DNA of 57,783 nucleotides from positions 1-57,783 of the IMG/VR virus record IMGVR_UViG_3300043681_000015, one strand, 5' to 3'. This DNA is from a virus. Its lineage: Duplodnaviria > Caudoviricetes. A program made the position numbers and the translations under genes. Below the pieces are notes generated by a model. The model was not told where the DNA came from and did no database searches. It saw only the letters and a list, made by a program, of their open reading frames with translations. Below, in pieces: positions 1-8,210 of the stretch. Position 1 is the stretch's first letter; each line of letters begins with the position of its first letter.

Positions 1-126
1 GCTCGGTGACGCTGTACCACGGCGACTGCCGCGACGTGCTGCCGTTCCTCACGCGAGGCGCCGACCTCTTGCTGACCGATCCCCCGTATGGGGTCGACTG
101 GCAGAGCAACCGGCGGACGGAGGCGT
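1..126 (+). repeat. Terminal direct repeat, copy 1 (circular-assembly overlap)
   Basis: Bases 1-126 are identical to 57652-57777. Confidence 0.95.
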
Positions 127-698
127 TCGCCCGCATGGCGGGCGACGACGGGACGCTCCCCGCTTTCGGGGCATTAGCCCTAGCCCTGCGCGTGCTGCGT
201 CCGGGTCGGCACGCTTACTGCTTCGGGTTAGCCGGGTGGGGGCCGCTCCCTATGAGCGCCTCCGCTGATCTGGTGTGGGACAAGGAGCTGCTCGGTGCCG
301 GGGACTTGTCGATCCCGTGGGCGCCCTCGCACGAACGCATCCTGTTCGGCGTTTACACGCCCGATAAGACGCGGCGGGCGCGGGGGGACGGGGCGTTGTC
401 CGCCCGGCTCCGCCGGGGATCGGTGTTGCGCTGCCAACGGCTCACGCAGACGGCCGTCACGCGCCACCCGACCGAGAAGCCGGTCGCCATCCTCCGGGTG
501 ATGATCGAGTCCTCGTCACTTTGTGGGGAGACGGTGCTCGACCCGTTCGCGGGCAGCGGCTCGACCGGGATCGCGGCGGTGATGGAGGGCCGCCGCGCCG
601 TCTTGATCGAACTGGAGGAACGCTACTGCGAAGTGGCGGCCGACCGGCTGCGGAAGATGCAGCCCGCGTTGGCGTTGTTCGCAGAGGTGGCCGCCTGA
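6..698 (+). CDS. DNA N6-adenine/N4-cytosine methyltransferase (beta class); true start is ATG 57630 across the circular junction
   Basis: TDPPY catalytic motif, then HPTEKP and VLDPFAGSGSTG SAM-binding motif. Confidence 0.92.
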   Translation: MTLYHGDCRDVLPFLTRGADLLLTDPPYGVDWQSNRRTEAFARMAGDDGTLPAFGALALALRVLRPGRHAYCFGLAGWGPLPMSASADLVWDKELLGAGDLSIPWAPSHERILFGVYTPDKTRRARGDGALSARLRRGSVLRCQRLTQTAVTRHPTEKPVAILRVMIESSSLCGETVLDPFAGSGSTGIAAVMEGRRAVLIELEERYCEVAADRLRKMQPALALFAEVAA

Positions 699-1171
699 TG
701 GCCGCCCTCACCATCGAGATCGTCGGGGCGGACAGGCTCTCCGCCGGGCTGAGCAAGGCCGCGGGGAGTGTGCTGCCGTCTCAGACGAAGCTGGCGATGG
801 AGACCTCCCTCCTGTTGATCGAGGGGGACGCCCGGCGCGGGGTGAGGCGGGACACGGGGCGCCTCCAGAACAGCATCACCCACTCCATCAGCGGGGGCGG
901 GGCGAACCTGACCGGCAAGGTGGGGCCGTCCGTCAAGTACGGCCTCTACGTGGAGCGCGGTCGGGCGCCGGGCCGCCCCCCGCCCGTCTCGGCCGTCGCG
1001 GCGTGGGCGCGGCGCCACGGGGTCAGCCCCTTCCTCGTGGCCCGCGCGATCGGCAGGAAGGGCGTCAGGCCGGCGCCCTTCCTGCTGCCCGCCTACGAGA
1101 AGAACCGCGGCCGGATCACCGACCTGTTCGCCAGGATCGGCGCCAAGGTGGTGGAGGCGGCCCGTGGGTAG
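698..1171 (+). CDS. HK97 gp10-like tail completion/neck protein
   Basis: ATG overlaps the MTase stop (TGATG). Motifs DTGRLQNSI, YGLYVERG and PAPFLLPA; position in the head-tail region. Confidence 0.8.
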   Translation: MAALTIEIVGADRLSAGLSKAAGSVLPSQTKLAMETSLLLIEGDARRGVRRDTGRLQNSITHSISGGGANLTGKVGPSVKYGLYVERGRAPGRPPPVSAVAAWARRHGVSPFLVARAIGRKGVRPAPFLLPAYEKNRGRITDLFARIGAKVVEAARG

Positions 1172-1280
1172 CCTCCTGGTGTCCCTCGCCGTCATCCTCG
1201 CCTTCAGCGCGCTCCTGTGGGTGCTGGCGCCGTGGATCGTCGACCGCTACTTCGACCTGAAGTACGGGGAGGACGCCTGA
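1164..1280 (+). CDS. Small single-TM membrane protein (38 aa, not in ORF track)
   Basis: GTG start overlapping the upstream gene; VGSLLVSLAVILAFSALLWVLAPWIVDRYFDLKYGEDA fills the gap exactly. Confidence 0.55.
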   Translation: MGSLLVSLAVILAFSALLWVLAPWIVDRYFDLKYGEDA

Positions 1281-1281
1281 C

Positions 1282-1704
1282 GTGGCGTCGGTGACGGAGA
1301 TCAAGACCGGCCTCAAGGACCGGCTCGCCACCATCAGCGGGGCGCGGCCCTACGCGACCGTCCTGCCGAACCCCTCGGACAACGCGCTCTGCGTGGTGGG
1401 GCCGGCGCGGTGGACGTACAGCACGGACTTCGACGCGAAGACGCGCTACTTCTTCGAGATCGCGATCTACCTGGCGCCCGGCGATTTGGTCCGGGCGCAG
1501 ACCCGCCTCGATGCGTACCTCGCCCCCACGGGCGCAGCGAGCATCAAGGCGGCGGTTGAGGGGGGCACCGCCCCCTTCGTGGGACGCCTGGGTGGGGCGT
1601 GTGACTACGCGAGAGTCGTCGGCGGCACGGAGTACGGCCGCCTCGTCGATGTCGCGGGCAGTCAGATGCTCTACGCCAGCGTTGAGGTCGAGGTTCTCGG
1701 GTGA
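1282..1704 (+). CDS. Tail terminator / tail completion protein
   Basis: 140 aa, RBS GGAGG, directly after the gp10-like gene; size and position fit tail terminators. Confidence 0.65.
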   Translation: MASVTEIKTGLKDRLATISGARPYATVLPNPSDNALCVVGPARWTYSTDFDAKTRYFFEIAIYLAPGDLVRAQTRLDAYLAPTGAASIKAAVEGGTAPFVGRLGGACDYARVVGGTEYGRLVDVAGSQMLYASVEVEVLG

Positions 1705-1711
1705 GGTAGCC

Positions 1712-2326
1712 ATGCCAAGTCTCTCCATCATCATCCCCACCCCCGGGCAGGGCCGCCCGCTGAAGCGGTGCCTGCGCTCGATCGCCTCCCAGCCCCTCCT
1801 CCCCGGAGACGAGGTCTTGGTCGTAGGCGACTGCTTGGACGACCCGCAGGACTGCCTCCCCGAGGTGCAGGCCCTCGTCGCGGACTTCGGAGCGCAGTAC
1901 ACGTTCATCTCCACCATCCCGGCCGAGCACGACTTCGGGCACACGCAGATCAACATCGGGATGCACGTCGCCAAGGGCGACTACCTGGTGTTCCAGGACG
2001 ACGACGACGTGTTCACCGAGGGCGCGTTCGGCAGCATCCGCAACGCCGCCGAGCAGCACCCCGGTAGCCCCCTCCTCTTCCGCTTCGTGACCCGCTTCCG
2101 GACGCTGGTTTGGGGCGCGCACCCCGTCCTCGCTGAAGACCATGTGGGGGGCCATTGTTTCGTGGTGCCCAACAAGAAGGAGTACCTGGCCCCCTGGTCG
2201 GATCGGTATCAGGGGGATTTTGACTTTGTCCGAGGCACCATCGACAAGTGGCCGGGTGGCGAGAAGGCCATCGTCTGGCGCGAAGAAGTGATCGCCCTCG
2301 CCCGCCCGAACACTCCGGTGGACTAG
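1712..2326 (+). CDS. Glycosyltransferase family 2 (GT-A)
   Basis: N-terminal LSIIIPT, LKRCLRSIASQ, EVLVVGD, and AKGDYLVFQDDDD (DxD motif). Confidence 0.88.
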   Translation: MPSLSIIIPTPGQGRPLKRCLRSIASQPLLPGDEVLVVGDCLDDPQDCLPEVQALVADFGAQYTFISTIPAEHDFGHTQINIGMHVAKGDYLVFQDDDDVFTEGAFGSIRNAAEQHPGSPLLFRFVTRFRTLVWGAHPVLAEDHVGGHCFVVPNKKEYLAPWSDRYQGDFDFVRGTIDKWPGGEKAIVWREEVIALARPNTPVD

Positions 2327-2874
2327 AGATGCTTCCACGACCTCCGCTTGATGATGGCGCAGACCTGAGCGGGAGTGACCCCGTACTCCGCGGCGAGGGC
2401 GTTCTGTCGGACGCCGCCGGCGGCCCACCGAGCACGGATGGCGAGAACGTCCGCAGCGGTGAGTTTGCGGGCGAGCAACTCCGGGTTGAGGCGGTAGGCG
2501 TGGGTGTCCTTCCACTTCAGCCGCTCCGGATGGAGACGGTTGGGGTGGTTATCACCCCGCGGCGCGCGACCCTTTCGCACCTTGTCCCAGGCGTTGTCGG
2601 CGTGGGTGCCGAGGAACAGGTGGGCGGGGTTGACGCACGCAGGGTTGTCGCAGTGGTGGCAGATGACGCCGCCGGGCGGGATCAGGCCGTTCGCAATCTC
2701 CCAAGAGATGCGGTGCGCGCCACGCGGGCCGCCGCCCTTGATGCCGATCTCGCCGTAGGGGTACTGGACGCTGTGCTTCGCGCCAGTCCAGAGCCAGCAG
2801 GCGTCCGGCCCGCCGCCCTTATCGACCTTCGCCCAGAAGCGGGCGAGGAACTGCACGGTAAACTCGGGACGCAT
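2323..2874 (-). CDS. HNH homing endonuclease, antisense insertion
   Basis: RFWAKVD..CWLWTG, AHRISW and CHHCDNPACVNPAHLFLGTHADN; C-terminal HTH-like segment; RBS GGAGG. Confidence 0.9.
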   Translation of the reverse strand: MRPEFTVQFLARFWAKVDKGGGPDACWLWTGAKHSVQYPYGEIGIKGGGPRGAHRISWEIANGLIPPGGVICHHCDNPACVNPAHLFLGTHADNAWDKVRKGRAPRGDNHPNRLHPERLKWKDTHAYRLNPELLARKLTAADVLAIRARWAAGGVRQNALAAEYGVTPAQVCAIIKRRSWKHL

Positions 2875-2875
2875 T

Positions 2876-2950
2876 CCAACCTCCTATGTTGGGGTGCCAT
2901 GCCCCGGGTGGTTGCCGCCACGCCGGGGCGCATCTATGCCCCAAATTATA
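2876..2950 (-). promoter_or_regulatory. Promoter (-10 TATAAT) and structured leader of the HNH gene
   Basis: ATTATA at 2945-2950 is TATAAT on the minus strand. Hairpin CCAAC-N7-GTTGG (2876-2892) covers the RBS, with a further GCCCCGG/CCGGGGC stem. Confidence 0.6.
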
Positions 2951-2984
2951 CCCCAACCAGGGTAAAAGATTGGGACTTAATCCC

Positions 2985-4160
2985 GTGACGCTCGTGCTGC
3001 CCGGCTCCCCGCCGGCCGTCTACCGCTACCCGCTCGCGCGCGTGACCTACGGCGAGGAGGAGATCGCCGCCGTGGAGCGCACCCTGCGCGCGGGGCGGAC
3101 GACGATGGGGCCGCAAGTGGAGGCGTTCGAGGCGGGGTTCGCCTCGCTGGTGGGCGCGCAAGAGGCCGTGATGGTCAACAGCGGGAGCAGCGCCGACCTC
3201 CTGGCCGCCTTCGCCCTCGGCCCGCCGCTGCGGGGGCTGGACGAGATTCTCATCCCGGCGGTGACGTGGCCGACCCAGGTGTGGGCGTGCCTCATGGCCG
3301 GCTACCGGGTGCGGCTGGTGGACGTCGACCCCGCGACGCTCCAGATGGACCCGGTGGACCTCGACCGGAAGCGCACCTGGCGCACCCGCGCGGTGTTCGC
3401 CACGCACGTCCTGGGCGCGTGCGGGTCGATGGACGTCCTGGCGGGCCTGTGCGCGAGCCACGAGCTGGACCTCATCGAGGACTGCTGCGAGGCGCTGGGC
3501 ACCCGCTGGAAGGGCCGGCACGTCGGCACCTTCGGCACGGCCGGGGCGTTCTCGTTCTTCTTCTCCCACGTCCTCTCCACGATGGAGGGCGGCATGGTCG
3601 TCACCGACGACCCGGGCACCGCCCGCTTCCTCCGCCTGTGGCGCAACCACGGCTGGGAGCCGCAGCCGGGGCAGCACTTCGCCTTCCCCACCTGGGGCAT
3701 GAACCTGCGCCCGACCGAGGTGCAGGGCGCCTTCGGCAAGGTGCAGTTGGGGAAGCTGTACGCCTTCCAGGCGTGGCGAGAACACAACCACGTGATGCTG
3801 CTCGACGAGGTCCGGCGGTACGCGGGCCTGCTGGAGACCGTGAAGGTGGTGCCCGGGTGCGTTCCGGCGTGGCACGCCTTCCCCCTCACCGTGCGGGAGG
3901 ACGCGGGCTTCACGAAGCACGAGCTGTGCGCCTACCTGGAGCAGCGGGGCGTGGAGACGCGCCCCCTCATCGCCGGGAACCTGGCCCGCCAGCCGGCGCT
4001 CCAGGAGGAGTGGCGGGTGCTCTCCGGCGACCTCCCCGGGGCGGACGCCGTCCACGAGCGGGCCTTCTACATCGGCCTCGCCTCGGAGGACGACCCGGAG
4101 GGGACGGGCTACGTGGGCGAGTGCGTGCGGGACTTCATCGAGAAGGGGGAGCGGGCGTGA
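2985..4160 (+). CDS. DegT/DnrJ/EryC1/StrS-family PLP enzyme, ColD-like NDP-4-keto-6-deoxyhexose 3-dehydratase
   Basis: MVNSGSSA, IEDCCEALG, FSFFFSHVLSTMEGG (His where the family has the PLP Lys), GMNLRP, ETRPLIAGN. Confidence 0.8.
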   Translation: MTLVLPGSPPAVYRYPLARVTYGEEEIAAVERTLRAGRTTMGPQVEAFEAGFASLVGAQEAVMVNSGSSADLLAAFALGPPLRGLDEILIPAVTWPTQVWACLMAGYRVRLVDVDPATLQMDPVDLDRKRTWRTRAVFATHVLGACGSMDVLAGLCASHELDLIEDCCEALGTRWKGRHVGTFGTAGAFSFFFSHVLSTMEGGMVVTDDPGTARFLRLWRNHGWEPQPGQHFAFPTWGMNLRPTEVQGAFGKVQLGKLYAFQAWREHNHVMLLDEVRRYAGLLETVKVVPGCVPAWHAFPLTVREDAGFTKHELCAYLEQRGVETRPLIAGNLARQPALQEEWRVLSGDLPGADAVHERAFYIGLASEDDPEGTGYVGECVRDFIEKGERA

Positions 4161-4816
4161 TTATCCCGATGGCGCGGCTGGTGGCGGAGTTCGGCGTCCG
4201 GCCGAAGAACATCCTGCACATCGGGGCGCACCTGGCCGAGGAGGCGGCGGCCTACCAGGAGGCGGGCGTCGACCGGGTGCTGTGGGTCGAGGCGAACCCC
4301 GACCTGATGGGCACCCTCGTGGACAACGTCGGCCACTACCCCGGCCAGCGGGCCATCCAGGCCGCCGTGTCCGATAAGGACGGGGCGACGGCCACCCTGC
4401 ACCTCTGCACCTTCACGATGGCGTCCTCCCTCATGGCGCCGAAGGAGCACCTCGTCACCTACCCGGGGATGCCCTACCCCCGGTCGATCGAGGTGGAGAC
4501 GGTCACCATCGACACCCTCCTCGCGCGCGAGGGCTACGGCCTCGGCGGCTTCGACTTCCTGAACATCGACATCGAGGGCGCCGAGCTGCTCGCCTTCGAG
4601 GGCGCGACGGAGACGCTGCCCCACCTGAAGTGGATCTACCTGGAGGTCAACACCCGGGAGATGTACGAGGGCTGCGCGATGGCGGACGAGGTGGACGCCT
4701 ACCTGGGCGAGCGCGGGTTCGCCCGGGTGGTGGACGCGGACGAGGGCTGGGACCACGGCTTTCGCGACGCACTTTACGTCCGGCACGGGTGGGAAGTGGG
4801 GGTGCCGGCGTGCTGA
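4157..4816 (+). CDS. FkbM-family SAM-dependent methyltransferase 1
   Basis: ILHIGAH, WVEANP, DFLNIDIEGAEL, IYLEVN, DALY; GTG overlaps the upstream stop. Confidence 0.85.
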   Translation: MIIPMARLVAEFGVRPKNILHIGAHLAEEAAAYQEAGVDRVLWVEANPDLMGTLVDNVGHYPGQRAIQAAVSDKDGATATLHLCTFTMASSLMAPKEHLVTYPGMPYPRSIEVETVTIDTLLAREGYGLGGFDFLNIDIEGAELLAFEGATETLPHLKWIYLEVNTREMYEGCAMADEVDAYLGERGFARVVDADEGWDHGFRDALYVRHGWEVGVPAC

Positions 4817-5478
4817 TCCCGATGGACGTCCTGGCGCGGGACCACGGCGTGCGCCCCCGCTCGGTGCTGCACGTCGGCGCCCACCTGGGCGAGGAGGCGG
4901 CGGACTACCACGCCAACGGGGTCGAGGAGGCGCTCTGGGTTGAGGCCAACCCGGAGCTGATGGACGGGCTGCGCGAGGTGCTCGCCGCGTACCCCGGCCA
5001 GACGGCCGTGCAGGCCGCCGTCACGGACGCGGACGGGGCGAAGGCGACCCTCCACGTCGCGCAGTCCGCCACGGCGGCGCTGCCCGCGATGAACTCCTCG
5101 CTGCTGGAGCCGAAGGCGCAGCGCCAGATCTACCCCTTCTTCAATTACGACAAGACCATCGACCTGGAGACGGTGACGCTGGACGCCCTGCTCGCGCGGG
5201 AGGGCTACGGCCCCCACCACTTCCAGATGCTGAACCTCGACGTCGAGGGCGGGGAGCTGCTCGTCCTGCGGGGCGGGCTGAAGGCGCTGGCGGGCGTGGC
5301 GTGGATCTTCACGGAGGTGAACCACGCGGAGCGGTTCGCCGGCGGCGCCGTCCTGCCGGAGATGGACGCCTTCCTCGAGGCGCACGGCTTCGAGCGCAAG
5401 GCGCTGTGCGACTTCGGCGACCGCACTTGGGGAGATGCCCTGTACGTCCGGCATCGGTGGGAGGTGGACGGTGCCTGA
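4810..5478 (+). CDS. FkbM-family SAM-dependent methyltransferase 2 (paralog)
   Basis: VLHVGAH, WVEANP, LNLDVEGGEL, IFTEVN, WGDALY. Confidence 0.85.
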   Translation: MLIPMDVLARDHGVRPRSVLHVGAHLGEEAADYHANGVEEALWVEANPELMDGLREVLAAYPGQTAVQAAVTDADGAKATLHVAQSATAALPAMNSSLLEPKAQRQIYPFFNYDKTIDLETVTLDALLAREGYGPHHFQMLNLDVEGGELLVLRGGLKALAGVAWIFTEVNHAERFAGGAVLPEMDAFLEAHGFERKALCDFGDRTWGDALYVRHRWEVDGA

Positions 5479-6340
5479 CCCTCAGGTGCATCTCATCGTC
5501 TTCTCAAAGGACCGGCCGCTCCAGCTCCACGGGATGCTGACCTCGGTCTTCCGCCACTGGCGGGGCGACCTGGACGTGGCGGTGCTCGCGCACGGAGAGG
5601 CCCTCTACGACGCCGCCTACGAGGCGGTCGAGGCGGAGTTCGCCGACCGGGTGCGGTTCTGGCAGGAGGTCGACTTCGCCACCGACCTCCTGGAACTGAT
5701 CGAGGACGCCCCTTACGTCTGCTTCGGCTGCGACGACGTGGTCTACACGCTGCCCGTCGATATGGCCGAGGTGGACGCCGCCTTCCGCGCCCACCCCGAC
5801 CTCCTGGGCTACTCCCTGCGGCTGGGCAAGAACACCGAGGCGGACATGTTCGGGCGGCCCCTCCCGCAGCCCGTGTTCTTCCCCACGGCCGCGCCCCGGT
5901 TCGACGAGTACGGCGGGGACGTGGTGAACGACGGCCTGCTCTGGGACGCGCGCAACGGCGCCGGGGACTGGGGCTACCCGTGGGAGGTGCTCGGCACCGT
6001 CTACCCCACCGACTACGTGCGGGCCACGGTGCGGGCGCTGGTGCGGGACGGCCAGGTGCAGAACCCCTCGACGCTGGAGGACGCCGGGTGGCGCCGCTGG
6101 ATGGAGCACGCGGGCGACCGCTACGTGATGCGGTCCTACGCCCGCTCCCGGCTGGTGGTGCCCACGGTCAACCTCGTGCAGAGCGTCTTCGGCAACGGCA
6201 TCGTCGGCCCGGCGGGGATGGACCCGGTGTTCCTGCTGGACTGCTGGAACCGGGGCCTTCGGCTGGACGTCGACCGCTACCGGGGCATGACCCCGCCCTC
6301 GTGGCGCGTGGGGGACTTCTTCCTTCGGAGGGACGGGTGA
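5471..6340 (+). CDS. Putative GT-A fold glycosyltransferase
   Basis: LIVFSKDRPLQL first strand, YVCFGCDD acidic motif, WGYPW; lies inside the sugar cluster. Confidence 0.6.
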   Translation: MPDPQVHLIVFSKDRPLQLHGMLTSVFRHWRGDLDVAVLAHGEALYDAAYEAVEAEFADRVRFWQEVDFATDLLELIEDAPYVCFGCDDVVYTLPVDMAEVDAAFRAHPDLLGYSLRLGKNTEADMFGRPLPQPVFFPTAAPRFDEYGGDVVNDGLLWDARNGAGDWGYPWEVLGTVYPTDYVRATVRALVRDGQVQNPSTLEDAGWRRWMEHAGDRYVMRSYARSRLVVPTVNLVQSVFGNGIVGPAGMDPVFLLDCWNRGLRLDVDRYRGMTPPSWRVGDFFLRRDG

Positions 6341-7074
6341 TGGACCGCTGCTGGGCCTATTGCCTGGCTTTTAACGAGTCGACCCTTATCCCCTTCTGGG
6401 TGGCCCACTACAGGCAGTTCTGCGAGCGGGTGACGGTCTACGTGGACGACGCCACGGACGACGGGACGGACGTCCTCGCCGCCAAGGCGGGCGCCCAGGT
6501 CAAGTACGCCCGGACGGACGGCCTGGACGACGAGGGCTTCGTCGCCTTCGCCCGGGAGCGGTACCCCGCGGCGCGCGGGCTGGCCGAGTGGGTCGTCTGG
6601 GTGGACGCCGACGAGTTCCTCTACCACCCCCGGATCGGGGAGCGGCTGGCCGAGCTGCGGGCGCAGGGCGTCACCCGTCCGGTGGTGCAGGGCTACCAGA
6701 TGGTCGCCGACGCGCCGCCCAAGGGGCGCAAGCCCATCACCGAGCAGATCACGCGGGGCCTCCCCGCCGCCGAGTACTCCAAGACGTGCGTCTTCGACCC
6801 GGCGCTGGACGTGGCGTGGACGCCGGGGAAGCACCACGCCACGGTCACGGGCGCGGACGTGCGGGGCGACGGGGCCGACCCCCTGCGGCTGCTGCACTAC
6901 CGCTACCTGGGCGAGGAGTGGCTGGTGGCGCGGAACGCCCGCAACTTCGCGCGGATGACCGATGGGCAGAAGGGCCGGCGGCACGGCGTGGAGACCTACC
7001 CGGACTACACGGGGGTCTACAGCCCGGCCTGGTACGCGGAGCAGACGGCGAACGCCCAGGAGGTGGTTGGGTGA
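6340..7074 (+). CDS. Glycosyltransferase family 2-like
   Basis: FNE..IPFWVAHY, YVDDATDDGT, WVVWVDADEF (DxD), LLHYRY. Confidence 0.85.
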   Translation: MDRCWAYCLAFNESTLIPFWVAHYRQFCERVTVYVDDATDDGTDVLAAKAGAQVKYARTDGLDDEGFVAFARERYPAARGLAEWVVWVDADEFLYHPRIGERLAELRAQGVTRPVVQGYQMVADAPPKGRKPITEQITRGLPAAEYSKTCVFDPALDVAWTPGKHHATVTGADVRGDGADPLRLLHYRYLGEEWLVARNARNFARMTDGQKGRRHGVETYPDYTGVYSPAWYAEQTANAQEVVG

Positions 7075-8210
7075 CCGACCTGTTCAAGGTGTTCATGGAC
7101 GTAGAGGCCGGCAAGGCTGTGGACGCGGTCCTGCGCTCGGGCTACATCGGCCAGGGAGAGAAGGTCGACGCCTTCGAGGCGGCGCTGAAGCGGGAGTTCG
7201 ACGCCGAGCGGGACGTGCTCACGCTCAACTCCTGCACCAGCGCGCTCGACCTGGCGCTCTCGCTGGAGAGTGTGGGGCGGGGGGACGTGGTGATCTCCAC
7301 GCCCATGACGTGCAGCGCCACGAACAGCCCCGTCGTCACGAAGGGGGCGAACCTCGCGTGGGCGGACGTCGACCCGGTTACCGGCCTCATCGACCCGGAC
7401 AGCGTCGGGCGGATCATCGACCGGCTCGGTGCCGGGGCGATCTCGGCCGTCGTCGCCGTGGACTGGGCGGGCCGGATGTGCGACTACAACCGCCTGCGCG
7501 AGGTTCTCGCGGGCACGGGCATCCCCATCATCGAGGACGCCGCCCACGCCCCGCTGGCGACCCACAACGGGCGCTACCAGACCCGCGTGGGCGGGGACTA
7601 CATCGCCTGGTCGTTCCAGGCCATCAAGCACCTCACGACCGGCGACGGGGGCGGGCTGCTCTGCCCTACCGAGGCGCAGACGGAGCGCGCCCGCCTCCTG
7701 CGGTGGTACGGCCTCGACCGCCGCTCGAAGGCGGACTTCCGCTGCGAGCAGGACATCACCGAGGTCGGCTCAAAGCTGCACATGAACGACATCGCCGCCG
7801 CCATCGGGCTGGCGAACCTGCCCCATCTGCGGGAGGTGGTGAAGCGCCACCGGGACAACGCCCGCGCCTACCACGGCCTCCTCGAGGGCACGCCCGGCGT
7901 CACCCTCCCCCCGCCCGACTCAGGCTCCTCCTGGTGGCTCTACACGATCCTGGTGGACGACCGGGCGGACTTCCAGGCGTACATGGCCGACTTCGGCGTG
8001 GCGACCAGCCAGGTGCATCGCCGGAACGACGAGCACCCGGCCTTCAAGGCCGCCGAGCACCCCGCGTCGGACGCCCGGCCCGGTCTCGATGCTTTCGCGG
8101 CGCATCAGGTGAGCATCCCCGTGGGCTGGTGGCTGAAGGACGAGGACATCACCCGTATCGCCCACCTCGTCCAGTTGTGGGCGCGCGCGCGCGCGAAGGT
8201 GGCGGCGTGA
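7071..8210 (+). CDS. DegT/DnrJ/EryC1/StrS NDP-sugar aminotransferase
   Basis: NSCTSAL, IIEDAAHA, SFQAIKHLTTGDGG with the canonical PLP-binding Lys, MNDIAAAIG. Confidence 0.9.
   Translation: MTDLFKVFMDVEAGKAVDAVLRSGYIGQGEKVDAFEAALKREFDAERDVLTLNSCTSALDLALSLESVGRGDVVISTPMTCSATNSPVVTKGANLAWADVDPVTGLIDPDSVGRIIDRLGAGAISAVVAVDWAGRMCDYNRLREVLAGTGIPIIEDAAHAPLATHNGRYQTRVGGDYIAWSFQAIKHLTTGDGGGLLCPTEAQTERARLLRWYGLDRRSKADFRCEQDITEVGSKLHMNDIAAAIGLANLPHLREVVKRHRDNARAYHGLLEGTPGVTLPPPDSGSSWWLYTILVDDRADFQAYMADFGVATSQVHRRNDEHPAFKAAEHPASDARPGLDAFAAHQVSIPVGWWLKDEDITRIAHLVQLWARARAKVAA

Noticed and set aside
1-126. Terminal repeat as a biological direct terminal repeat or attL/attR
   Set aside because: It lies mid-gene in a methyltransferase, far from the integrase; this is typical of an assembler overlap.
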